64,000 nucleotides of DNA from an uncultured Methanomassiliicoccales archaeon (GTDB taxonomy: Archaea; Thermoplasmatota; Thermoplasmata; Methanomassiliicoccales; UBA472), in NCBI GenBank assembly GCA_963710685.1, contig CAVQBH010000011.1, positions 11,258-75,257 of the forward strand. Direction: 5' to 3'. Below, piece after piece: positions 56,756 through 64,000 of this stretch. Each line of letters starts with the position of its first letter. The stretch's first letter is position 1. The notes below the pieces were generated by a model. That model made no database searches. It saw only the letters and a program-made list of their open reading frames with translations, and had not been told where the DNA came from. A program made the position numbers and the translations under genes.

Positions 56756-57539
56756 TGATGTCCCTCAGCATCTTCTCTTTCATGATATCGTAGACCAGGT
56801 CTGCCAGCGGTTCGAGGTTCTTCACGTCCTCGGTGTTGTACTTGGTCAACAGGTTCAGCGCGTTCCGATTGCCTTTTCTGCTCCACAGATGCCACAGGTA
56901 CACTGCCTGTTCCCCGGTGACATACTCGAGCTCCTGAGGCCTGGTGATCCCGATCTGCTGTTCCACCGATTTCAGTCCGCCGTGGTATCCCGCCTTGGGA
57001 CAGACGTGACGCAGGTCGTAGTGGGGCACCCGGGGGACGCTGAAGGGGAACTCGTGTCCGATCATGGGCAGGTCGAAGGAGCTGCCATTGAACGTGACCA
57101 GCATCTTCACCCCGTCGAGCGCTTCCTTGATCGCCTCGGTGTTGAGGTCCTGTCCGCGGACCAGGGTGGTCATCCTGCCCCGGTGCAGTATTCCCACCAT
57201 GGTCACCACGTGTCCCGGCCCGACCCCGTCGGTCTCGATGTCCAGATAGGCTGTTCCCTGCCTCAGCAGGTCGAACAGGCGCCACTGTTCCGTGGAGGGC
57301 AGCAGGCCGCAGAAGTATTCCGTGCGTTCCTGGCCCAGGAACTCCTCGGCCTCGACCAGGCGGGAATCCAGGTCCTCTTTCCTCTTCCTAGAGAAACCGG
57401 CGATCGAATCGGTGGAAAGGAACTCTTTCCAGGTCGTCGCTCCCTTGCTCCATATGCGCCTCTCGGTCGCCCTGCCTATGCTGGGCAGGAACACGAAGGA
57501 ACGACGTATCATACCTTGACGGACGCGCTGCCTAATCAT
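56730..57539 (-). CDS. RNase H-fold DEDDy 3'-5' exonuclease-like protein (YprB/PF13482-type)
   Basis: YLDIETDG (Exo I), TFNGSSFDLPM (Exo II) and KYNTEDVKNL (Exo III), with an N-terminal LPSIGRATERRIWSKGATTWKEF helix-hairpin-like segment. It overlaps the RecJ-like start by 26 nt. An alternative start lies at 57512. Confidence 0.7.
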   Translation of the reverse strand: MIRQRVRQGMIRRSFVFLPSIGRATERRIWSKGATTWKEFLSTDSIAGFSRKRKEDLDSRLVEAEEFLGQERTEYFCGLLPSTEQWRLFDLLRQGTAYLDIETDGVGPGHVVTMVGILHRGRMTTLVRGQDLNTEAIKEALDGVKMLVTFNGSSFDLPMIGHEFPFSVPRVPHYDLRHVCPKAGYHGGLKSVEQQIGITRPQELEYVTGEQAVYLWHLWSRKGNRNALNLLTKYNTEDVKNLEPLADLVYDIMKEKMLRDINAGYERGA

Positions 57540-57657
57540 ATCATTTTCTATCGATCACCCGAAAGTCACCGGTGCAATTGCCCCCGTAACCGGCCGGTGA
57601 AGTTCCAAAAGTTCAAGTCCTGAACGCTCGATCGTTGCGCCGGAAAGGTAGTGCCCG

Positions 57658-58386
57658 ATGTTCAACGTCCAGATATTTCCCGGGGTCAGGATCACCAACG
57701 ACCTCTGCCTGTGGATGGAGGACCGGGGAACGCTGGCCATGGCCGATCTACACATCGGGCTGGAGGCGGCCCTGGAGCGGACCGGGGTGCACATCCCGAG
57801 GATACAGTCGGCCACCATGAAGGAGTCGCTCATCCGCATCATGGACCGCTACGATCCGGACACGGTCCTCATACTGGGTGACCTCAAACACGAGTTCTCG
57901 GGCAATCTGGACCAGGAGTGGAGGGATGTGCGGGACATTCTATCGATGCTCCGGGACACCGCCACGGTCAAGGTGGCGAAGGGGAATCACGATAACTATC
58001 TGGCGAACATCTCGCACAAGCTCGGGATCGAGGTGGCGGACAGCTTCGAGATCGACGGGATCGCGTTCATGCACGGTCATGCGGACACCGCGCACCGTCC
58101 GTTGGTCATCGGACATGAGCATCCGTCAGTGCGCATATTCGACCGGGTGGGGGCCTATCTGAAGCTTCCCAGCTTCCTGCATTTCGAGACCGAGCAGATA
58201 CTGGTCCTGCCGGCATTCTCCCCGTTGGCCGCCGGCACCGATTTCACCAACCTGGGTCGGGCCGACACCATGTCACCAGTTCTCGAGAGGGCGGACATCG
58301 AGGATGCCAAGGTGTACGCTTGCACCGAGATCGGACTGCTGGCGCTCGGCACCATAAGGGACCTGGGCCGGATCCGCACCTATTGA
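57658..58386 (+). CDS. metallophosphoesterase, SbcD/Mre11-related archaeal type
   Basis: LAMADLHIGLE, LILGDLKHEF, KGNHDNY, FMHGH and IGHEHP match calcineurin-like phosphoesterase motifs I-V. Confidence 0.8.
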   Translation: MFNVQIFPGVRITNDLCLWMEDRGTLAMADLHIGLEAALERTGVHIPRIQSATMKESLIRIMDRYDPDTVLILGDLKHEFSGNLDQEWRDVRDILSMLRDTATVKVAKGNHDNYLANISHKLGIEVADSFEIDGIAFMHGHADTAHRPLVIGHEHPSVRIFDRVGAYLKLPSFLHFETEQILVLPAFSPLAAGTDFTNLGRADTMSPVLERADIEDAKVYACTEIGLLALGTIRDLGRIRTY

Positions 58387-58536
58387 CGGCCCTTTACCTT
58401 CTTGACGTCAACTATCTTAGAACAACGCCGGATGTGGTGACGACGTCGACATGCTCGGCCTGTCATGTCGGTCCGTCCCGTCAGCATGATCATCCGTGCT
58501 CTCGAGAAGGCTTGAATATCATCGACCATCTGGACA

Positions 58537-58883
58537 TCAATGGACTTCAGTGGGAGGCTTACGGACCTCCCAGGCGAGGAACACGCTGAGCACGGTTCGG
58601 ATGCCTACCACAACGGCGAGCAGCACCAGGTCATCGAAGGTCGGGGCCACGAAGGAGGAGAGGATGTCCCCGGCGATGAAGAAATCATGACCCAGAACGA
58701 TGAGCCAGGTGAGCTCCCGTTTGACCCATCATAGTCCATCGTCTTTCTCCTGATCGCCCGGTTGCCGAGCTCGATGGCAGCCAGAAAGCCGCCGGCCTAG
58801 ACGATCACCACCCCGATAGCGGCGAATATCAGCGTTAGGAACAGGGTCAGATCCGTAAGCGGGGTGAAGGAGATCGCCATCAT
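58537..58883 (-). pseudogene. DUF1622-like small membrane protein with an in-frame TAG and one frame break
   Basis: It reads MMAISFTPLTDLTLFLTLIFAAIGVVIV-TAG(58799-58801)-AGGFLAAIELGNRAIRRKTMDYDG. After one base is added at CCC 58725-58727 it continues VKRELTWLIVLGHDFFIAGDILSSFVAPTFDDLVLLAVVVGIRTVLSVFLAWEVRK..., the DUF1622 core pattern. Arithmetic: 347 nt + 1 = 348 = 116 codons. Confidence 0.45.
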
Positions 58884-58888
58884 CTCAA

Positions 58889-59359
58889 TTATACCGGCTC
58901 GGTCTTCTTCGGTCCCTCCTGGGCCGGTTTAGCGACGGCCTGTTCCTTTATCTCTGCCTCTCCGGCCCGCTTCTTCAGCACAATCCTTTTGCTTGGCGGG
59001 GCTTGTATCACCGTGTACTCGAACGGCTTCATTTCCAGTCCGTAGACGTGCGTCTCCCTCAGGTAGACCGCCTCCGAATACTTCGGCTCCATGGTGATGG
59101 TGTTGGTGGGGCAGACGTCCACGCAAGTACGGCAGGCGATGCAGCGGGCGCGCACTATGGTCTGCGTTTTGTGCGCTTTGTCGGTGGTGATGGCCAGCGT
59201 GGGACAGTTCTTCTCGCACAGGCGGCACCAGATGCATCTCTGCATGTCCCACACCACCCGGCCCCGGTTGTTGTCCGGGATGTCCGCCTTTTGGTATGGA
59301 TAGAGGACCGTGATCGGCCGGGAAAACAGGTTTTTCAGGGTGCTCTTTAGCATTGACAT
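58889..59359 (-). CDS. echF: energy-converting hydrogenase subunit F (2x[4Fe-4S] ferredoxin, NuoI-like)
   Basis: Two CxxCxxCxxxCP motifs: CIWCRLCEKNCP and CIACRTCVDVCP. The start at ATG 59359 lies 5 nt after the echE stop. The C-terminal tail is Lys/Ala/Pro-rich. Confidence 0.85.
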   Translation of the reverse strand: MSMLKSTLKNLFSRPITVLYPYQKADIPDNNRGRVVWDMQRCIWCRLCEKNCPTLAITTDKAHKTQTIVRARCIACRTCVDVCPTNTITMEPKYSEAVYLRETHVYGLEMKPFEYTVIQAPPSKRIVLKKRAGEAEIKEQAVAKPAQEGPKKTEPV

Positions 59360-59363
59360 GTCA

Positions 59364-60446
59364 TCACTTATCACAGCAGCATATGCACGGATCGACCGAA
59401 ACCGCAATCGGCGCCACGTCCGCCAGCTGTGCCCCTCCGATCATCGCCGCGATGGCCGGGATGTTCACAGACGCCGGCGTGCGGACCTTGATCCGGTCCA
59501 GCTTCACCTCTCCCACGGGCTTGACGTAGTACAATAGCTCCCCCCTCGGCGCCTCCACCCTGCCCACTCCCTCGGCCGTCGGATGCCCCTTTGTGGGCGT
59601 GAGGTAGGGTCCGTCACGGATCAGATTGAGGGCCTGGCGGATCAGGTCGACGGACTGGAGGACCTCGTCCATGCGGACCATGTTGCGAGCGTACACATCG
59701 CCCTCCTCATATGATATCGGCTGGAACTTTATCCCGTCCACTCCGTATCCGGCGAATCCAGTAAGGCGGATGTCGTGGGGCATGCCGCTGCCGCGGCCGA
59801 CCGGGCCGACCACACAGTAGCTCTCGGCGTCCGATCTCTTCAGGACGCCAATGCCCCTGGTCCTCTTTCGGTACGTGCTGTCCGTGCGTATCACCTTCTG
59901 CAGTTCCAGGAACCTGGGCTCCACAAGGTCCATGGTCTTCTCCACGTCCTTCAGCTGTTCGTAGGTCACGTCCTTCCTCAATCCGCCGATCGCGTTCATG
60001 CTGTAGTGGACGCGGTTTCCCGAGACCCGGTTCACCAGCATCATGATGTCCTCCCTTTCCCGGAAGAACTGCATGAACAGGTTCTCATAGCCCAGCGCTT
60101 CCGCCGTATGGCCCAGCGCAAGCAGGTGCGACGTGAGTCGTTGACACTCCATCATTATCGTGCGCACCAGGTTGGCCCGGTCACTCACCTTCACGTTGAA
60201 GGCGTTCTCCATGGCCTGCACGTAGCAGGATGAATGGTGGTAGGAGCATATCCCGCAGATACGTTCACAAAGGAACACCGTCCTCCTGTAGTCCTGGGCC
60301 ATGGCATATTCCATGCCCCGGTGGTTGTACCCGATGTTAATGGTCGCGCCGACCACCGTCTCTTCTTCAAGAACGAGCTTGAGGTTCATCGGCTCCAGGA
60401 AACTGGAATGCTGCGGCCCGAACGGTATCACGCTGGTGCGGCTCAC
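59364..60446 (-). CDS. echE: group-4 [NiFe] hydrogenase large subunit (NuoD-like)
   Basis: 360 aa. The N-terminal Ni-Fe ligand motif is RICGICSYHH, and the C-terminal motif VDPCICCCDK ends the protein with no protease-cleaved extension. GTG start in a GTGA overlap with echD. Confidence 0.9.
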   Translation of the reverse strand: MSRTSVIPFGPQHSSFLEPMNLKLVLEEETVVGATINIGYNHRGMEYAMAQDYRRTVFLCERICGICSYHHSSCYVQAMENAFNVKVSDRANLVRTIMMECQRLTSHLLALGHTAEALGYENLFMQFFREREDIMMLVNRVSGNRVHYSMNAIGGLRKDVTYEQLKDVEKTMDLVEPRFLELQKVIRTDSTYRKRTRGIGVLKRSDAESYCVVGPVGRGSGMPHDIRLTGFAGYGVDGIKFQPISYEEGDVYARNMVRMDEVLQSVDLIRQALNLIRDGPYLTPTKGHPTAEGVGRVEAPRGELLYYVKPVGEVKLDRIKVRTPASVNIPAIAAMIGGAQLADVAPIAVSVDPCICCCDK

Positions 60447-60886
60447 TGTTTCACCTCTGGAAGATCCGGCTTCTGCGCCGTTTGGGTCGGTGACGCCTCT
60501 GGGCTCGTGGCGGGTAAGGGCGCCGGAGGCTTGAGCGGCTTCCTGAGGGGCGCCACTATGCCTTTTCCTGGTTCCAGCAAAAGGCCACCCTTGATTCCTT
60601 TGAAATGAAGTCCCATCATGTCGACGACCTCCCGTTCCATGTTCACCGCCCCGGCGTAATATGAGGAAAGGCTCTCCAGCTCGTCCTCTCCTTTGACGGT
60701 GAAACGGACGTCGGTGTACTGGTTGTTGTAATGGAACCCATAGATCAGCTCAAAGGTGCCGTCCGCATTGTCATTGGCTATTATCGTGATCAGCCTCGGT
60801 TTGGGGAATTTCAGGTCCATGCGGTCGATCTTGGATTTGATGTCGTTGACTGGCTTATTTTCCTTGCGGTCGGTTTCATCGCTCAT
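60443..60886 (-). CDS. echD: hydrogenase subunit D (NuoC/30-kDa-like)
   Basis: ITIIANDNADGTFELIYGFHY...SLSSYYAGAVNMEREVVDMMGLHFKG matches the NuoC-family core. Pro-rich C-terminal tail. ATGA overlap with echC. Confidence 0.8.
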   Translation of the reverse strand: MSDETDRKENKPVNDIKSKIDRMDLKFPKPRLITIIANDNADGTFELIYGFHYNNQYTDVRFTVKGEDELESLSSYYAGAVNMEREVVDMMGLHFKGIKGGLLLEPGKGIVAPLRKPLKPPAPLPATSPEASPTQTAQKPDLPEVKQ

Positions 60887-61384
60887 GATTTCGCCTCAGG
60901 TAGCGTTCCGGTCTCCGGCGTTTCCTCTTCTTTCTTTTCCGATGTGGCGGGGTCCGTTATCTCCGCTGCCATCTTCTCCTTCCACTTCGAGATGGCCAGC
61001 ACCACGCCGTCGATGATCGCCTCGGGACGGCAGGCGCATCCCGGAACGTAGACGTCGACCGGGATGACCCGGTCGATCCCGCCGTCGACGTTGTAGCAGT
61101 CGAAGAAGGGCACTCCGTTGGTGGCGCAGTTGCCGCAGGCCACCACCACCTTCGGTCCGGGCGTCTGGTTGTACAGGGTCATTAGCCGGTCCTCGGTCTT
61201 CTTGGTGACCGGTCCGGTGAGCAGCAGGATGTCGGCGTGCTTGGGGTTCGCCTTGTTCACCATGCCGAACCGCTCCACGTCGTATTTCGGGCGTCAGCAA
61301 TGCCCACACCTCCAGGTCGCACCCGTTGCAGCTGCCGGTGTCGAAGTGCAGGATCCAGGGCGACCTCATGCGCATCTTCTCCAT
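60883..61384 (-). pseudogene. echC: hydrogenase small subunit (NuoB-like, [4Fe-4S]) with a frame break at GGG 61289-61291
   Basis: ORF 60896..61393 gives MEKMRMRSPWILHFDTGSCNGCDLEVWALLTP and then off-frame text. ORF 60883..61278 gives ERFGMVNKANPKHADILLLTGPVTKK...VVACGNCA...VPGCACRPE. Removing one G reads ...LLTPKYDVERFGM... Arithmetic: 502 nt - 1 = 501 = 167 codons. Confidence 0.85.
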
Positions 61385-62262
61385 CAAGGCCACGTGAGCA
61401 CCCCCTTGTCCGCCAGGAAGACGATCACGATGTTCGCCACGGTCAGGGTCATCCCGAAGGCCAGGGTGAACCTCACCATCCTGGTCCGGGTAAGCCTGGC
61501 GGTGCTGTTGTCGATTATCAATGCCACCAGGAAGAACGCCAGCACGATCAGCACCTTACCGGCGATGCTGACGTAGACGTTCGGGTCCTGGAAGAACAGG
61601 GTGATGATGCCGAACACGATCCCCAGCTCGAACCAGTGGGCGATCTCGGTGAACGCCAGGTACCTTCCGGAGTATTCCACGTACGGTCCGGAGATCAGTT
61701 CGGTGTGGGCCACGGCGATGTCGTACGGCGATTTCTCCATCTTGATGAGGATCACCGGCAGCAGGGCGAGCAGGGCCAGCGGCAGGACCACCAGCAGGTC
61801 CTGGCCGATGCCGTTGGAAAGGAAGGTGCCCTCCCGGTACGCGATGGCGAAGATCGCCAGGAACAGGACCGGCTCATAGGCCAGTATCTGCAGCAATTCC
61901 CTCTGGGCGCCGAAGTAAGAGAACGGAGAGCGGGCACTGAACGCCCCCATCACCAGGGAGAACGATCCGGCGCCGGAAACGAAGAAGACGATCAGCAGGT
62001 CGCCTCCGGTGACCAGGAGCACGAAGGCCGAGACCTGGAGCAGCATCGCCGCTATCCCGAACACGGCCTGGCTGTTGTTCATCACCCGTCTTTCCTTGCC
62101 GAACAGTTTGAACAGGTCGTAGTAGGGCTGCAGTATCGGGGGACCGACCCGGTTCTGCATGCGGGCGGTCAGCTTCCGGTCCAATCCCATCAACAACCCG
62201 ATCGCGAATGGTGAGACGATGAGCAGGAACAGCATCACCAGCACGTCCTCCGTCGTGGTCAT
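61384..62262 (-). CDS. echB: hydrogenase membrane subunit B (NuoH-like)
   Basis: The start at ATG 62262 (MTTTEDVLVMLFLLIVSPFAIGLLMGLDRKLTARMQNRVGPP...) overlaps the echA stop as ATGA. Carries the NuoH/HycD signature DRK..A..Q.R.GP. The part of ORF 61384..63315 upstream of this start is shadow. Confidence 0.85.
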   Translation of the reverse strand: MTTTEDVLVMLFLLIVSPFAIGLLMGLDRKLTARMQNRVGPPILQPYYDLFKLFGKERRVMNNSQAVFGIAAMLLQVSAFVLLVTGGDLLIVFFVSGAGSFSLVMGAFSARSPFSYFGAQRELLQILAYEPVLFLAIFAIAYREGTFLSNGIGQDLLVVLPLALLALLPVILIKMEKSPYDIAVAHTELISGPYVEYSGRYLAFTEIAHWFELGIVFGIITLFFQDPNVYVSIAGKVLIVLAFFLVALIIDNSTARLTRTRMVRFTLAFGMTLTVANIVIVFLADKGVLTWP

Positions 62263-64000
62263 CTGAACACCTCCAGGGCGAGCGGCAGGGAGACCAGCGC
62301 GACCAGCAGCAGGGCCGCCACCAGGTTGGTGCCCAGGGTCATCCTTTTCTCCATCCTCTCGTCCGCATAGTACAGCCCGCCCAGTTCGAAGACCGGGTCC
62401 TCTCCCCCGGCATAGGCCTGGCTGAGGTCCTTCCGGTCCGGTCTCAGGATGAAGCCCAGCCCCAGGAAGATCAGGCCGACGACGATCAGCACCAGGACGA
62501 TCGGGAACGCCCCCAGCCCGGTGGTCAGGGAGAAGGTCTCCCCACCTATCGGCGCCGTGTAATAAAGGCTGACGAACGGGTCCACCAGGTATTTCGTCAC
62601 CAGGTTCACCCCGAAGGACAGGACTATCCCGGCCACCAGGAGCACCCCCAGCGTAAGCCGGTAGAGGAACGGGACCTTCTCCCGCCGCATCGTCGGGCGT
62701 CCGGTCATAGGCCCCGTGGCGAAGATCCGCCCCAGCCACTTGCCGTAGTAGACCATGGAGGCGGCGAATCCGACGGACAATACGATGCCGATCAGGGGGA
62801 ACGAGACGTTCGCCTCGGACACGATCCATTTCCCGGCGAACATCCCGAAGGGGGGGAGCAGGATCATGAAGACCCCGATGAAGATGGCCGTGGACACAAA
62901 GGGCATCCGGTCGCGCAGGAAGGCCATGTTCTCGATGTCCTCGGAACCGGTCTCGTCCTTCACCACCCCGACGGACATGAACAGCAGTGCCTTGGAGATC
63001 GCGTGGAACAGCAGGATGATGATCGCCGCGGTGATCGAAAGCGGCGTGTTCAGGCCGACGCAGACCACGATAAGGCCCAGGTTGCCGATGGTGGAGTAGG
63101 CCAGCAACCGTTTGGAATTGCTCTGGGCGATGGCCAGCAAAGAGGTGGCCAGGAAGGAGGCGGCGCCCACGATGCCTATGGTCCAGAGCATGATGTTCTG
63201 GTGCAGCAGGTTTGGTGACAGCCGCAGCAGGAAATAGACTCCCAGGTTCACCATGGTGGCGGAATGGAGCAGGGCGGAGACCGGCGTCGGTGCCACCATG
63301 GCACCCAGCAGCCATTTCTGGAAGGGTACCTGGGCGGATTTTGTGAAGGCCGCAACCGCCATCAGGGCAAAGGGAAGCAACTGTAGCCCGACGATGCTGT
63401 TTCCGACCGGAAGCGAGGAGATCGTCAAGGAACTGAAATAGTAATAGGACAGGATGATCGAGGCGAGCAGGAGCACGCCGCCTCCCAGGGTGATCTCGGC
63501 GGCGAGCCGGGCGGACTGCTTCGCCTCATCGGTCTTGGTGTGGCCGATCAGCAGGAAGGAGGTAAGGGTGGTCACCTCCCAGAAGAAGAACAGCCACAGA
63601 AGGTCGTTGCAGAAGACGGCGCCGTTCATCGCCCCCACGAAGATGAGCATGACCGCAAAGAAACGGGGCTGGTTCCCGTCGCTCTTCATGTACCGTACCG
63701 CGTACAGGATGATGACCGACCCGACCAGCGAGGTGATGAGCATCATGACGATGCTGAGATAGTCGGCGAATATCACCGGGTCCCCGGTCCTGCCTCCGAT
63801 GGCCGACTCGAAGATGACCATCGGAACGATCTGCAGGAAGGCGAAGGTCACGATCCATCTGCTCCTCTCCCTGACACCCACGTAGACGAAGTAGGCGATG
63901 AGCACCAGGTCGAGCGAGAGTATCACCCATTCCATGGGAAAGAGCTCGTCCGCGTTGACCGAGATGGTGGTGATGTGGTTGAACGACAGGTAGACCAGCA
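62259..64000 (-). CDS. echA: hydrogenase membrane subunit A (NuoL/Mrp antiporter-like), 5' end beyond the window
   Basis: Polytopic, with FFWEVTTLTSFLLIGH and ALLHSATMVNLGVYFLLR (proton-pumping antiporter-like motifs). The frame stays open upstream of ATG 63935 to position 64000, so the true start is probably outside the window. Confidence 0.8.
   Translation of the reverse strand, partial: LVYLSFNHITTISVNADELFPMEWVILSLDLVLIAYFVYVGVRERSRWIVTFAFLQIVPMVIFESAIGGRTGDPVIFADYLSIVMMLITSLVGSVIILYAVRYMKSDGNQPRFFAVMLIFVGAMNGAVFCNDLLWLFFFWEVTTLTSFLLIGHTKTDEAKQSARLAAEITLGGGVLLLASIILSYYYFSSLTISSLPVGNSIVGLQLLPFALMAVAAFTKSAQVPFQKWLLGAMVAPTPVSALLHSATMVNLGVYFLLRLSPNLLHQNIMLWTIGIVGAASFLATSLLAIAQSNSKRLLAYSTIGNLGLIVVCVGLNTPLSITAAIIILLFHAISKALLFMSVGVVKDETGSEDIENMAFLRDRMPFVSTAIFIGVFMILLPPFGMFAGKWIVSEANVSFPLIGIVLSVGFAASMVYYGKWLGRIFATGPMTGRPTMRREKVPFLYRLTLGVLLVAGIVLSFGVNLVTKYLVDPFVSLYYTAPIGGETFSLTTGLGAFPIVLVLIVVGLIFLGLGFILRPDRKDLSQAYAGGEDPVFELGGLYYADERMEKRMTLGTNLVAALLLVALVSLPLALEVFR

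Noticed and set aside
62263-63315. N-terminal ~350 aa of ORF 61384..63315
   Set aside because: This part is out of frame inside echA and Arg/Gly/Pro-rich. The credible EchB sequence begins at ATG 62262, which forms an ATGA overlap with the echA stop.

Overview
This is a GC-rich (by eye) archaeal chromosomal segment. The archaeal call rests on RtcB, archaeal-type SepF, a GAN/RecJ-like DHH nuclease, PRC-barrel and DUF835 proteins, an echABCDEF-ordered group-4 [NiFe] hydrogenase operon, AT-rich TATA-like boxes, and many ATGA/GTGA stop-start overlaps. A Methanomassiliicoccales/Thermoplasmata-like methanogen is my guess only.

Layout:
- 0.1-2.1 kb: small membrane, zinc-ribbon and wHTH genes.
- 2.4-17.9 kb: a sensory island of five large REC/PAS/GAF/CHASE4 histidine-kinase-type proteins, plus a beta-propeller exoprotein.
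- 18-21 kb: P5C/aldehyde dehydrogenase, a ferritin-like protein, and DUF1638.
- 21.7-24.7 kb: a translationally coupled operon of PRC-barrel, ABC ATPase, ABC-2 permease and a HEPN-like protein.
- 25-37.5 kb: a surface-protein island. It holds a membrane-anchored FlaH/KaiC-like protein with a degenerate P-loop, a 1000-aa 10xFN3 protein, a 1960-aa C1-peptidase+12xFN3 protein, an AT-rich island, and an Ig-repeat protein.
- 37.7-48.8 kb: E1-like ThiF/MoeB, PadR, hypothetical and membrane genes, a zinc-ribbon protein with a perfect 60-bp tandem repeat, a PUA protein, a BspA-type LRR surface protein, SepF, and an HD phosphohydrolase.
- 48.9-52.9 kb: rtcB flanked by two 7TM-DUF835 paralogs.
- 53.0-58.4 kb: a candidate ncRNA, a CPBP protease, argF, and a three-nuclease cluster.
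- 58.5-64 kb: a DUF1622-like remnant and echFEDCBA (echA runs off the window).

I found no rRNA, tRNA, CRISPR array, transposase or integrase.

Nine genes have broken reading frames. Each break maps to or next to a short G/C run and is repaired by a single-base change, which points to assembly indels rather than decay. All coordinates come from manual reading, and start codons are less certain than stops.
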